Positions 37,271 through 47,911 are shown, numbered from the stretch's first letter. The stretch: 64,000 nucleotides of DNA from Alistipes sp. (GCA_017501625.1 JAFVWO010000102.1:2954-66953); one strand, 5' to 3'. The notes: generated by a model from the letters alone, not told the origin. Translations and numbers: made by a program.

Positions 37271-39406
37271 TTACTTATTTACAATTACATAACCATAGGC
37301 AGGCACAGTCACGCTTATGCGACCCTCGCCTAAGCACTCAGCCGCAGCACCCTCGGTAGCAACAGCCACCTCGAGGTTGCCACACTGCGCAAATGAAGGA
37401 AGTTCAACCTCCACGCTCTTAGCCTCGCCACGCACGTTGATACCCACCAACGTCCACTCGCCCATATAGTGGCGCAAGAACACCCACGCCTCGTCATCAA
37501 CATAGAGCGTGCGGTAGTCACCATACATCAACGGCATAGAGGCACGGCGCTCAGCGATGAGGGCCTTGGTCTGTGCATACTCCTTCGTCTGGTAGTCGTT
37601 ATAGCCATCAAAGCGCATCATATCGCGGTTGTCGGGGTCGTTAGCACCCGGCACACCGAACTCATCACCCTGATATATGCAGGGAACACCCGGCACGGTG
37701 GTGATGATGGCCTTAAGCAACTGCAAGCCGGCATGTCCCTTGTCCATGTCGCCCACACCCACCTCGCGGTGCCAGCCCTCAGCCTTATCGTCAGGACACC
37801 AGAGCGACATGTCGCCACCGGCCAACGAGATAAAGCGCGGCTTATCGTGGTTACCCGTGATATTACCCATCGTATGGTGCGAGCCATAGGCCGCCTCCGA
37901 CTCCTCGACAGTAGAGGCAATAGTGCGCATCGAGCGACTCTCGTCGACGATGACATCGCGCGAGTTGTGATAGAGGTTGAAATCGAACTGCGAGTCGATC
38001 ATACCCGACTTAACATACGAGCCGATAAGTTCAACATCGCCGTAGGTCTCGCCTATCTGCCAGAGGTTACGCTCGGGCATCGTCGACTTCATCTTGTGTG
38101 TGAGCATACGCCAGTAGTTCAACGGAATATGCTTGCACGCATCGTGACGATAGCCATCAAAGTCGAAATTGCGTACCCAGTATAGTGCCGTGTCGGTCAT
38201 CGGGTCGCACACCTCCTCGCGACGTGTGTCGAGCGTGGGGATATGCTCGTCAAACCATGTTGTAAGACGTGTTTCGCCATCCCACTGGCCTATATTCTTG
38301 CGGCCATCGGGAAGATATAGGTCTGTAGTCCAATCGGGGTGCTCCTGAAGCACGGGAGAGTTGATATGCAGGTGGTTAGCCACATAGTCAAGAATGACAT
38401 TCATATTCTCGTTGTGTGCCGTAGAGAGCATCGTGCGAAGCTCCTCGTCCGTACCGAAGCGGAAGTCCACCTTTGTGTTATATATAGGCCAATAGCCATG
38501 GTATCCCGAGAACTTGGTATCGGGATTTACGTTCTGACCCCACGCATCCTCAGGATTCTGCGTGATGGGCGATATCCATATCGTTGTTATGCCGAGGTCG
38601 GTGAAGAAGCCATCCTCGATCTTCTGTGTTATGCCCACGATGTCGCCACCCTGATAATCCACCTTATCCAACACCTCAGGAGAGTTAATCTTCCAGTCGT
38701 TCTCGGTGGTACCATTGTTGAAGCGGTCGACCATCAACGAGTAGAGCACCTGCGACTGGTGGTCGCCACGACGTATATCCTTGGCATCGGTGACAACCGC
38801 GCCACGCTCCAACGGAAGGAGCACATCGTTAAAACGTCCCGCCTCGGATGCTGCAAAGATGCGCACTACAGAGCGGTCGAAGTTCTCGGCACACGCGGGG
38901 ATGGCAACGCTGAGGGTGTTACCCTCAACCTTAACATCCTCGATGGAGTTATTCTGCCAGAGGGCTACGGCCTCAGCGATGGGCGCTGTTGCCTCAACGA
39001 TGATGCGGCCGTCATTGACCTCCGTAGTAGACATGTAGCTACCCTCGGTGTCGCGCTTGCCACCAAGCACAACGACGGCTAAGGGCTCACCCTCATGCCA
39101 CACGTCGATGGTAGCTACAAGCACCTCGGCATCTGTTGTTATATCGAAAGTAGACCAGTCGTCAGCCGTTGCGGTGAGCTTAAGGCGCTCGTCGGAGGTT
39201 GTAAGCTCGTCGGCGCCGACCCACTGCGGGTAGTAGTCCGTGAGGTAGTGCGACGTTGTGCCCGTCTTTATTGTCATGGGCACTACGGGGGCGTTGTTGC
39301 CGAGGGCAAAGTCGCCACCTGCCGCAGGCTTGTGCATGATGCAGTGCACAGCGAGGAGCGACACCACAACGGCGCAAGCCACAAAAAGGATAGATTTGAG
39401 TCTCAT
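37271..39406 (-). CDS. Secreted GH13 alpha-amylase with N-terminal extension
   Basis: Signal/TM; YSLMVDRF, GYHGYWP, LDYVANH, GYRHDACKH, IGETYG, NHDKPRF. Confidence 0.9.
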   Translation of the reverse strand: MRLKSILFVACAVVVSLLAVHCIMHKPAAGGDFALGNNAPVVPMTIKTGTTSHYLTDYYPQWVGADELTTSDERLKLTATADDWSTFDITTDAEVLVATIDVWHEGEPLAVVVLGGKRDTEGSYMSTTEVNDGRIIVEATAPIAEAVALWQNNSIEDVKVEGNTLSVAIPACAENFDRSVVRIFAASEAGRFNDVLLPLERGAVVTDAKDIRRGDHQSQVLYSLMVDRFNNGTTENDWKINSPEVLDKVDYQGGDIVGITQKIEDGFFTDLGITTIWISPITQNPEDAWGQNVNPDTKFSGYHGYWPIYNTKVDFRFGTDEELRTMLSTAHNENMNVILDYVANHLHINSPVLQEHPDWTTDLYLPDGRKNIGQWDGETRLTTWFDEHIPTLDTRREEVCDPMTDTALYWVRNFDFDGYRHDACKHIPLNYWRMLTHKMKSTMPERNLWQIGETYGDVELIGSYVKSGMIDSQFDFNLYHNSRDVIVDESRSMRTIASTVEESEAAYGSHHTMGNITGNHDKPRFISLAGGDMSLWCPDDKAEGWHREVGVGDMDKGHAGLQLLKAIITTVPGVPCIYQGDEFGVPGANDPDNRDMMRFDGYNDYQTKEYAQTKALIAERRASMPLMYGDYRTLYVDDEAWVFLRHYMGEWTLVGINVRGEAKSVEVELPSFAQCGNLEVAVATEGAAAECLGEGRISVTVPAYGYVIVNK

Positions 39407-39476
39407 ATTAGTAGTGTTTTAGTTTTTTCGTGTTGGTGCCAAGCGCTATTCCGTGTCACTGACGTCTTGGCTTAGG

Positions 39477-39506
39477 GGTCGAGGGGCCGGTCAAAGCCCC
39501 ACGACC
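39477..39506. terminator. GC-rich hairpin between the surface-binding genes and the GH13 block
   Basis: ggtcgaggggc...gccccacgacc; no U-tract in the sense direction, so possibly an mRNA stabiliser or partial terminator. Confidence 0.45.
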
Positions 39507-39553
39507 AAAATTTGTATCATGCACCCATGAGCATAATACACCGAATACCGAGA

Positions 39554-40393
39554 TTAGTTCTTCTTAAGAGTAAAGGTCTCGATCTCACCATCGATAGCGA
39601 AAGTGATAGTGTAAGAGCCAACCTCAGTAACCTTGATATTATTACCATTGAAAGTAGCGAAGAACTCAGAACCATCAACGGGAGCGAGCTCGGGCTCACC
39701 CTCTGCAGGATTGTAACCGTAGCTAACATCCCAAGCAGAATCTGCACGCACCTTGAACTCGTTACCACCATCCTCTACTGCTGTAATCTCGAATGTAGCA
39801 GAAGCAACACCATCAGTGATTGTCATAGGAACATCAGCAGCCCAGCTGTTGAAGCCACCGATAACACCCCAAGTGTGGTCTGCAAGTACTACAACGGGCT
39901 CCTCAACGGGCTCCTGCTCGGGCTCCTCAGCTGTCTCACCGTTGATAGTAGCCAACCACTTGCCATCAGCGTTTGTCTCAGTAAGAACGATAGCTACACC
40001 CTTACCAGAGTCAAGTGTGATGTGGAGGTCAATAGTCTGGCCAGAAGTCTCGCCGGCTGCACCGCTTACAATAAAGCCAATAGTTGAACCCTCAAGCTCC
40101 TTAGCAGCTGTCCAAACGTAATAAGTCTTGCCATCAATCTCCTCAGTCTCAAGAGCTACACCGGGCCATGTAGCATTACCCTCAGCATCAGTAGTGTAGT
40201 TGATAGTAGTGTCCTCAAGGTTCCAAGCCCAAGCGTTGCAGTTCTCCCAGCCAGCAGCTGTAACGTCTACAGTAACCTTAGTCTCAGCCTGAGTAAACTC
40301 ACCGGGGCCTACAGGCTTCTTGTTGCCATTACCCTCAGACTCACATGCTGCCAACATAGCTATGGCAGCCATTGCAAAAAATAATTTTTTCAT
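39554..40393 (-). CDS. SusE/SusF-like starch-binding surface lipoprotein
   Basis: Lipobox LAAC; CBM26-like AWAWN...WPG module; WGVIGGFNSW...EFKVRADSAW..SYG module; PUL context. Confidence 0.75.
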   Translation of the reverse strand: MKKLFFAMAAIAMLAACESEGNGNKKPVGPGEFTQAETKVTVDVTAAGWENCNAWAWNLEDTTINYTTDAEGNATWPGVALETEEIDGKTYYVWTAAKELEGSTIGFIVSGAAGETSGQTIDLHITLDSGKGVAIVLTETNADGKWLATINGETAEEPEQEPVEEPVVVLADHTWGVIGGFNSWAADVPMTITDGVASATFEITAVEDGGNEFKVRADSAWDVSYGYNPAEGEPELAPVDGSEFFATFNGNNIKVTEVGSYTITFAIDGEIETFTLKKN

Positions 40394-40439
40394 AATAATT
40401 AAAATTTAAAAAGTTAATAATGGGATTTATAAATGTTGT

Positions 40440-41156
40440 TTAGTTATTCTCTACAGGTGTGTCGCCATCGGTAGAATCCTCGCCACCCTCGGCATTGTCA
40501 CCATCAGTGGTTGTATCCTCAGTGGTTGTGTCATCACCCTCAGGAGACTCGGTAGTGCCTTCGCCCTCGGCGCTCTCGCCACCATCATTGTTCTCACCAC
40601 CCTCGGTGTTCTCACCACCCTCAGTGTTCTCATCACCCTCAGTAGTGTCGCCATCCTCAGGCTGCTTAGCCTCCTCACGCTTATTGGTATATGTAAACTT
40701 GATGACAGCATACTCAGAGTACAACATCTTGCCAGTAGTACCAACTACTGAGCCAACACGCAATTTAACATCCACCGTGGTATCGATAGGAACACCCAAA
40801 CCACCTTTGTCAACAGCCTTAGAGGCGAGGGTATTCATCTGCTGATATGTCAAGGTATATGATATCTTATCCTTGCTTAAGCCTGTAGCAACGGCTACCT
40901 CTGTATCGTTATACGAGAGATAGATGTCCGTTGTGAACATAATACCCTTACCAAAATCTGCTGCATCCCACTCAACGACGAACTTTGATGTTCTGTTCGT
41001 GGGATTGATCGACACCTCATTCTCAGCGAGCTCATGAATAACAGGAGCCTTAACCTCGCTATCGGGGAGAGTCTGAATCTTCTCCAAGTCCGTCTCACAT
41101 GCCGACATAACGCCAGCAGCGGCAACAAGGAGCATAAAATATTTCATCAATTTCAT
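40440..41156 (-). CDS. SusE-domain lipoprotein with long acidic low-complexity tail
   Basis: Lipobox MSAC; WDAADFG SusE-type motif; last ~75 aa are E/G/D/T repeats; directly after susD. Confidence 0.75.
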   Translation of the reverse strand: MKLMKYFMLLVAAAGVMSACETDLEKIQTLPDSEVKAPVIHELAENEVSINPTNRTSKFVVEWDAADFGKGIMFTTDIYLSYNDTEVAVATGLSKDKISYTLTYQQMNTLASKAVDKGGLGVPIDTTVDVKLRVGSVVGTTGKMLYSEYAVIKFTYTNKREEAKQPEDGDTTEGDENTEGGENTEGGENNDGGESAEGEGTTESPEGDDTTTEDTTTDGDNAEGGEDSTDGDTPVENN

Positions 41157-41186
41157 AATCGTAAAATTTTATTTGGTTAGCATGAC

Positions 41187-42869
41187 CTATTTCTCCTCGG
41201 CAGCCTCATCGTAACCTGTGGGGTTCTTCAACCCTGGATTAGCGATAATCTGCTTCTCAGGAATTGCGAACAACTCCTTATACTTGGGGAACGACTGTCC
41301 TGCGGGGCTCTCGCCACCCTTATAAGGCCACAAATACTCATCACCAGAGTAGAGACCATAGCGGATAAGGTCGGTACGACGGCATGACTCCCAGAGAAGC
41401 TCACGAGCACGCTCGGCTACGAACATATCGCGAGCCGCGTTATCCCAAGATGCGGGAACAGTGAGAGCGGGAACGCCTGTACGCTGTGCCAACTCATCCA
41501 TCTTAGGCTGTGCAGTAGCACCCTCACCTAAACGGCAGCAAGCCTCAGCATAAATCAAGTAAATCTCACCCAAACGCACAATAGGGAGGTCTACATTAGC
41601 AAAGGTCTGAAGGGCATTAGCCTCAAACTGCGCCTTAGTCTGATCGTGAGGGATATTGCTAAACTTGATGCAACTCCAACCATACTGGAAGTTATAAATC
41701 TCGTCCTTAGAGGGGATGCTACCACTCTCTCGACCCTTGATATAGAACATCTTACCACGCTCATCAGCGCAATCGTAAGTACCTTTCTCGAAGTCAACAT
41801 TCTCGACCTTGAAGAACTTCTCAACATAGCTACCATCAATACGAACACCTCCCCAAGCATCAGTAGAACCATTAATAGCACCGTCAGCCTTGATGTCGGT
41901 CTCTGCAAGAGCGCCTACTGTGAGGAATGTAGTACCACCATAAGACTGCTGCTGGTTAGTGTCGAAAGGTATAACCATAAGGAACTCACGCTTAGCATCG
42001 GGGTTCTCACCATTATCACCACGGAAGAGCTCTGCATAAGTAGGAGCAAGCTGATAACCGAGATTAAAGATCTTCTCGCAAGTCTGCTTACACTTCTCCC
42101 ACTCGGGAGTGCCCTTGTATGTCTCAGCATTGAGATAGATACGTGCTAGAAGGCCAAGAGCCGAACCCTTATCTACGCGAGGATAGTTAGACTGTGCAGC
42201 AGGAAGATCTGAATCATCAGCTACAAGTGCTTCCAACTCGCCAACAATATAGTCATAAACATCGGCACGGTCTGCCTGCTTAGGAGGTATCAAACCTACG
42301 CTATCAGCCTCCGTAGTAAATGGAACATTGCCGAATACATCCATAGCCATCCAGTAGTACCAAGCACGGATAAGACGTGCCTCAGCACGGAACTCCTGAA
42401 CCTTTGCCTTAACAGCAGCCGAAGCACCACGTGACGACAACTTATCGTCGGTAGTTTGGCGCAAAAACTCGTTACAGAACGAAATTGACTGGATAGAACG
42501 GAAGAAAACACCGAAAACTGCATCGTTATCCTCATCTGTCCAAGTGTTGGTGTTCATAGCACGACACCATGCATCATTACCCCAAGCAATCTTACATGCA
42601 TCGGTGGTAACCTCCTGACATGCGAAGAACGCACGTGCAACCTGACTAGCACCTGCATCGGCTACGGTAACATAGCTTACCTCGTGCGAGCTCATTGTAT
42701 TGTAGAGTTTAGCAAGACCGAAAAGGTATGACTCTACAGTGTGGTCGTAGGCCGTATCCGCTGTCTTCTCTGTCGAGTTCAAGGGAAGTGCATCAAGGTC
42801 ACCCACGCACGACGAAAGAGTAAACAACGCTCCTACAACTGCAACAAGTATATATTTTGTTGTTTTCAT
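41187..42869 (-). CDS. susD: SusD/RagB nutrient-binding lipoprotein
   Basis: Lipobox LSSC; CNEFLR, AEARLIRAWYY, LLARIYLNAE, RLGEIYLIYAEA, ERARELLWE..RRTDLIR. Confidence 0.96.
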   Translation of the reverse strand: MKTTKYILVAVVGALFTLSSCVGDLDALPLNSTEKTADTAYDHTVESYLFGLAKLYNTMSSHEVSYVTVADAGASQVARAFFACQEVTTDACKIAWGNDAWCRAMNTNTWTDEDNDAVFGVFFRSIQSISFCNEFLRQTTDDKLSSRGASAAVKAKVQEFRAEARLIRAWYYWMAMDVFGNVPFTTEADSVGLIPPKQADRADVYDYIVGELEALVADDSDLPAAQSNYPRVDKGSALGLLARIYLNAETYKGTPEWEKCKQTCEKIFNLGYQLAPTYAELFRGDNGENPDAKREFLMVIPFDTNQQQSYGGTTFLTVGALAETDIKADGAINGSTDAWGGVRIDGSYVEKFFKVENVDFEKGTYDCADERGKMFYIKGRESGSIPSKDEIYNFQYGWSCIKFSNIPHDQTKAQFEANALQTFANVDLPIVRLGEIYLIYAEACCRLGEGATAQPKMDELAQRTGVPALTVPASWDNAARDMFVAERARELLWESCRRTDLIRYGLYSGDEYLWPYKGGESPAGQSFPKYKELFAIPEKQIIANPGLKNPTGYDEAAEEK

Positions 42870-42889
42870 TGTTATTGCGATTTAATTGA

Positions 42890-45800
42890 TTAGAAATTAA
42901 GGTTAACGCGCAATGAGTAGATGCGAGGACGAGGCCAAATAGTGCCATCGATACCAAGATCGTTACTTACCTCAGGGTCAAGACCGCTGTACTTCGTGAT
43001 AACAAATACGTTCTGTACACCAGCTGCTATACGCAAGTCGAGTCCGCTATTGCCAAGGTCCTCGAATGTGTAACCAAGGTTGATATCATCCAAACGGAAG
43101 AATGATGCATCCTCCAAGAAGAGGTCCGATGCCCACTGCTCCTGAGAGTTTGCCTCGGTCCAACCTGTAGCGTGCTTATCATCAAACTTGATGTAGTTAG
43201 CCATGCTACCTGTATTGATATCAAAGTTCGAAGTAGAGTGTGTAGACCAAATATCGTTGAATGCATAGTTACCTACAGAGCCGTGGCCATTGAAGCCGAA
43301 GTCCCAATTCTTGTAGCTAAGCTTGAGGTTTACACCATAGAAGAAATCGGGCAGCGGGCTCTTACCGGTGTCGTAACGGTCATCCTGATCAAGTATGCCA
43401 TTATTGTTCTTATCCCACAAGGCGTTCTGTATAGGTTTGCCGTTAGCATCGTATACCTGACGGAAGGTGTAGAACGTGTAGGGCTTGCAACCCTCCTTGT
43501 GCATAACCATACCGGCACCACCTGTACCCATCGAAGGACCGCCTTGGTATACGGCATAGTCTGAATTACCCATGTTGTTATCCAGTTGGATAAACTTAGT
43601 ATCTTGGAATGTACCGTTGATACCGAAGCGTAAGCTCCAATCAGCTGTGCGTACAGGATTGAAGTCCAAAGAGAACTCAACACCTTGGTTACGCATAGTA
43701 CCGATGTTAGTCATGATAGTATCACCGAAGTTAGCACCAAGAGGAGTTGTTACATTATTTAACAAGTCCTTAGTATCACGACGGTAAACATCGACGCTAC
43801 CATTGATAAGACCATCCAAGAAGCCAAAGTCTACACCTATATTATATGTAGTAGTAGTCTCCCAACGGATATCGGGGTTAAACGCTCGAGGCGTGTAGTA
43901 GTTGTAGTAACCATCGCTACCCATATTTGCCATATCATACTGGTTTGTAGAGAGATAGTAACCGGGAAGGTACAGATAGTTCGCAATCTCCTGCTGACCC
44001 GTCTGACCATAGCTCAAACGGAGCTTCAATGCCGATACGGCATCTACATCCTCCAAGAACGACTCGCTCTTAGCATTCCAAGCGAATGCTGCCGAGGGGA
44101 AGTAACCCCAACGGTTACCCTTAGCAAACTTTGACGAACCATCGGCACGGAGTGAGAAAGTAAACAAGTAACGTGAGTCGAATGAGTAGTTTACACGACC
44201 GAAGAACGATACAAGGAAGCTCTCCTCAGCATAATAAGTAGTATCATGCTTGGGGTCCACAGGATCGTTACCATCCTTGCTATTGTAGTAGCCATAAGAG
44301 TTGCCGCCACCGTAGAAGTGCTGCCATGAATAACCCAAAGTAGCATCAAGAGTGTGCTTACCCCATGTCTCGTTATAGTTACCGTAGAACTCCAAGAGGT
44401 TGTTGTAGTTCTTACCAAAGCCCTCTGAATACTTACCCCAAGCCTTATTGTCTGTATCACGCCATGCCGCACGTGAGCCGGGGATAGTCTTATTTAACGA
44501 TGAAGACTTCACATAGTCTGTACCAAGGTTAAGGTTGAAGCGCAACGACTCCAAGCCGTGAACCTTATAATCGATCTGAGCATTACCCAAGAAACGATAT
44601 GCATTCTTCGTATTCTCGTTATCGTAGAGCGTAGAGAGTGGATTGTTCATTGCCAACGCATCAGCGATAAACAAGCCACCACCAGTCCATGAGCCATACT
44701 GGAAATAACCATTTGTCTTGAGATAGTCAATGTCACCATTCTCGTCGTAGTTATAAGCAGGCATTGTAGGGTTAAAGAAGGCAGCCTCGCCTACAGCACC
44801 GCTCGATGCGTTACGCTCGTGGCTGTATACACCCTTACCCGAAAGAGATACCGTAAGGTGGTTGTCCAAGAACTTAGGAGCAAGATTGAAGTCCAACGTC
44901 ACACGGTCGTACTTCGCCGTATGCAAAGTACCCTGCTGGCCTGTATAACCCAATGATACACGATATGGGAGCTCTACAACGCCCTTCTCGTCCTTATAGT
45001 TGCCATAGAGGCTCGCGTTGTGGTCGTGCGAAAGCGCTGTGCGGAAGATAAGGCTCTGCCAGTCAGTATTCTCTGTACCAACCATCTTAGCCACCTTCTT
45101 ACCAGCAGTCGTACCCTCGGGATAAGCCGTTGCCACATAGCTACGGAACTCATCAGCCGTCATAACAGGAAGAGTTGCTGAGTTCTGTGACACGCTCAAT
45201 GAGCCATTGTAAGAGAAGTTAATCTTGTTACCCTTACCCTTCTTTGTTGTGATGATGATGACACCATTAGATGCGCGCGAACCGTAGATAGCCGTTGCCG
45301 AAGCATCCTTCAACACCGTGAACGAGTCGATATCGTTAGGGTTAACCAACGACAAGGGGTTGGTCATACCGCCACCCATGTCCGAAGCGATGGGCACACC
45401 ATCAATAACGATCAAGGGATCCTGACTAGCGTTGAATGACGAAATACCACGAATACGCATCTTAGGAGCCGAGTTAGGACCACCATCGCCGGGGACAACC
45501 TGCAAGCCGGGGACCTTACCCTGCATCATATCCTGTGTAGATACGACTGCACCACGGTTCAAATCGTCAGCCTTAACAGCGACAACCGAGCCGGTCATAT
45601 CCTCCTTCTTCACAGTACCATAACCGATGACAACGATGTCGTCGATCATAGCCGAATCCTCAGCAAGAACCACGCGCTGAAGCTCCGTAGAGTTAGCAGC
45701 AAGAGCCTTGGTCTCGTAGCCAATGAAGCTAATGGTCACAATAGACTCAGCACTGTTAACGCTAAGCTGGAACTGACCATTAACATCGGTAGTGATACCG

Positions 45801-45964
45801 TTTGTCGTGCCCTGCTCTACAACAGAGGCTCCGATAACAGGCGTCCCTGTAGCATCAACTACCACGCCCTTAACCTCGTATCTACCCGACTGGGCAAACA
45901 CTTGGGCGGGGATAGCCATCGCCAAGATAGCAAGACCCAAACACATAGTTAAGAATTTTCTCAT
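42890..45964 (-). CDS. susC: SusC/RagA TonB-dependent transporter
   Basis: VVIGYG, PLIVIDG, NPNDIDSFTVLKDASATAIYGSRASNGVIIITTKKG, WETT, terminal Phe. Confidence 0.97.
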   Translation of the reverse strand: MRKFLTMCLGLAILAMAIPAQVFAQSGRYEVKGVVVDATGTPVIGASVVEQGTTNGITTDVNGQFQLSVNSAESIVTISFIGYETKALAANSTELQRVVLAEDSAMIDDIVVIGYGTVKKEDMTGSVVAVKADDLNRGAVVSTQDMMQGKVPGLQVVPGDGGPNSAPKMRIRGISSFNASQDPLIVIDGVPIASDMGGGMTNPLSLVNPNDIDSFTVLKDASATAIYGSRASNGVIIITTKKGKGNKINFSYNGSLSVSQNSATLPVMTADEFRSYVATAYPEGTTAGKKVAKMVGTENTDWQSLIFRTALSHDHNASLYGNYKDEKGVVELPYRVSLGYTGQQGTLHTAKYDRVTLDFNLAPKFLDNHLTVSLSGKGVYSHERNASSGAVGEAAFFNPTMPAYNYDENGDIDYLKTNGYFQYGSWTGGGLFIADALAMNNPLSTLYDNENTKNAYRFLGNAQIDYKVHGLESLRFNLNLGTDYVKSSSLNKTIPGSRAAWRDTDNKAWGKYSEGFGKNYNNLLEFYGNYNETWGKHTLDATLGYSWQHFYGGGNSYGYYNSKDGNDPVDPKHDTTYYAEESFLVSFFGRVNYSFDSRYLFTFSLRADGSSKFAKGNRWGYFPSAAFAWNAKSESFLEDVDAVSALKLRLSYGQTGQQEIANYLYLPGYYLSTNQYDMANMGSDGYYNYYTPRAFNPDIRWETTTTYNIGVDFGFLDGLINGSVDVYRRDTKDLLNNVTTPLGANFGDTIMTNIGTMRNQGVEFSLDFNPVRTADWSLRFGINGTFQDTKFIQLDNNMGNSDYAVYQGGPSMGTGGAGMVMHKEGCKPYTFYTFRQVYDANGKPIQNALWDKNNNGILDQDDRYDTGKSPLPDFFYGVNLKLSYKNWDFGFNGHGSVGNYAFNDIWSTHSTSNFDINTGSMANYIKFDDKHATGWTEANSQEQWASDLFLEDASFFRLDDINLGYTFEDLGNSGLDLRIAAGVQNVFVITKYSGLDPEVSNDLGIDGTIWPRPRIYSLRVNLNF

Positions 45965-46042
45965 AGTGTTTTAGTGTTAGTTAATAATAGTTAATAGTTA
46001 TATATGTATGTTTGTATCTCTTTTGCGAAGCGTAGACAGCGT

Positions 46043-47569
46043 CTACTCCTTACGTTTTGTGCTTATGCCAAAGACTGCCACAGCGCCCAAGAGCAACGCC
46101 ACACCCGCAATGACAAGCATGATAATCTGACCACTCTGGAACTCCTTAATCTCAGTCTTTACAGGCTCAGCTACGACATCCTCGGCAATAACCTCGGTAG
46201 CTACCTCCTCGGCAGCTACCTCCTCGGCAACAACCTCCTCGGCTGCGACGGCCTCAAGGACGATAACATCGTCGGCAGGCTGCTCCGTAGCCTCAGCCAC
46301 AACCTCAACCTTAGCCTCAGGCTCAACAACGGGGACCTCGATGCTCTTGGTCTCACCTCCGAAGGTCATAAACAACACTCCACCGACAAGCGAAGCGACA
46401 ATCTGAGGCAAGCAGATGGTACAATTGAAGAGACCCATATACGAGCCGAGTGACTTGCCTGAGAGCGAGTTGGTAAGCAACGCAAACGGCAGAGCCAACA
46501 TTGCTGCCCACGCACAACCGATGAGCAAGAACGACACGAAGAGCATATACTGGTCGTGAATGAAGTACGTAGAGATAAAACCTACGGCACCAAGCACCAA
46601 ACTCAACGAGTAGGCCACCTTAGCACTGCGGAACATAGGAATGACCATCGCCCAAAGGATAGAGCCTACAGCCTGAACAGCGAAGAGAACTCCCGTCCAG
46701 TCGCCAGCCTCCTGATAAGCCTTCGTGGCGGGATCTATAGCACCCCATACAGTCTCGGCGATACCTCCTGTGGTGTATGTCCACATGTAGAGGAACGCAA
46801 ACCACGAGAAGAACTGCACAAGACCAATCTGCCAAAAAGCTTTAGGCGCATGGAACAAAAGGCTAAGGAGATTTGTACTCTCCTCCTTATCCTCCTTCTT
46901 GATATTGTTGTACTTGGCATAGTCCTCGGGATTCCACTCCTTGACCTTCGCTCCGGTGTAGAGCACACAGAGGATAAGTATGGCAGCACCGATATAGAAC
47001 GACCATGTCACCGAAGGGGGTATCTGACCCTCGGGAGCCACACTCTGCACACCCAACCACGTGAAGATGTAGGGGAACAAGTAGCCCACCAGCGAGCCCG
47101 CATTACACAAAAGGCTCTGTATAGAGTAGGCCTTGGTCTTCTGCTCCTCGTTAACCATATCGCCCACCATCATCTTGAATGGCTGCATGGCCATATTGAT
47201 TGAGGTGTCGAGCAACATCAACATCACAGCACCAAAAGCCAATGCCGCCTTTACCGTAAGGTTAAAACTACCGGAGTTGGGCAACAACGCCATGACGATG
47301 ATAGCCACAATAGCACCCACATAGAGATAGGGTTTGCGGCGTCCCATACGACACCATGTCTTATCGCTGAGCGAGCCGACGATAGGCTGCACAATCATAC
47401 CCATCAACGGAGGTAACACCCAGAAGAAACTCAACGTGTGGGGATCTGCACCCAACGTCGCAAAGATACGGCTGATGTTGGCGCTCTGAAGTGCGTAGGC
47501 AATCTGAACTCCGAAGAAACCGAAGCTTAGGTTCCACATCTGCCAGAATGAGAGAGTAGGCTTTTGCAT
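46043..47569 (-). CDS. MFS maltose/maltooligosaccharide transporter (SLC45-like)
   Basis: LSFWQMWNLSFGFFGVQ, SDKTW...GRRKPY, INMAMQPF, VQFFSWFA, YMGLFN...LPQI. Confidence 0.92.
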   Translation of the reverse strand: MQKPTLSFWQMWNLSFGFFGVQIAYALQSANISRIFATLGADPHTLSFFWVLPPLMGMIVQPIVGSLSDKTWCRMGRRKPYLYVGAIVAIIVMALLPNSGSFNLTVKAALAFGAVMLMLLDTSINMAMQPFKMMVGDMVNEEQKTKAYSIQSLLCNAGSLVGYLFPYIFTWLGVQSVAPEGQIPPSVTWSFYIGAAILILCVLYTGAKVKEWNPEDYAKYNNIKKEDKEESTNLLSLLFHAPKAFWQIGLVQFFSWFAFLYMWTYTTGGIAETVWGAIDPATKAYQEAGDWTGVLFAVQAVGSILWAMVIPMFRSAKVAYSLSLVLGAVGFISTYFIHDQYMLFVSFLLIGCAWAAMLALPFALLTNSLSGKSLGSYMGLFNCTICLPQIVASLVGGVLFMTFGGETKSIEVPVVEPEAKVEVVAEATEQPADDVIVLEAVAAEEVVAEEVAAEEVATEVIAEDVVAEPVKTEIKEFQSGQIIMLVIAGVALLLGAVAVFGISTKRKE

Positions 47570-47674
47570 ATTTTTAAAAAAATTAATAATCGTCCGTTTT
47601 GTGTCCTAAAAATTTTCGAACTGACAATATTGTTATTTTTAAAAATTTTTAATAACTATACAGTTCTAACACTA

Positions 47675-47765
47675 CAAATTTTAAAAAAAATTGTCAAACG
47701 AGCAAATGATTTCTACCCAAAGGCGATATATTAACGATGAATTGCACTATTTTACGACCGAATGG
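47675..47765 (-). promoter_or_regulatory. Putative PUL promoter with three 21-bp-spaced repeats (candidate LytTR sites)
   Basis: Minus strand TTTG(47706-47703)-N20-AAAATTTG(47682-47675); plus-strand repeats ACCCAAAGG / GATGAATTG / ACCGAATGG at 47715, 47736, 47757. Confidence 0.5.
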
Positions 47766-47911
47766 AAGAGCCTCTCCGCCATGGCACGATTATGAGATAA
47801 TAGCTAAAGCTATGGCCCAACAGGCTCTAAAAAGAGATAGAATGGATTGTTAACATAGCAAAAGTAGACAAATAGTTGGATGTTTGATTAATTTTGCCTA
47901 TATTTGTGGCT

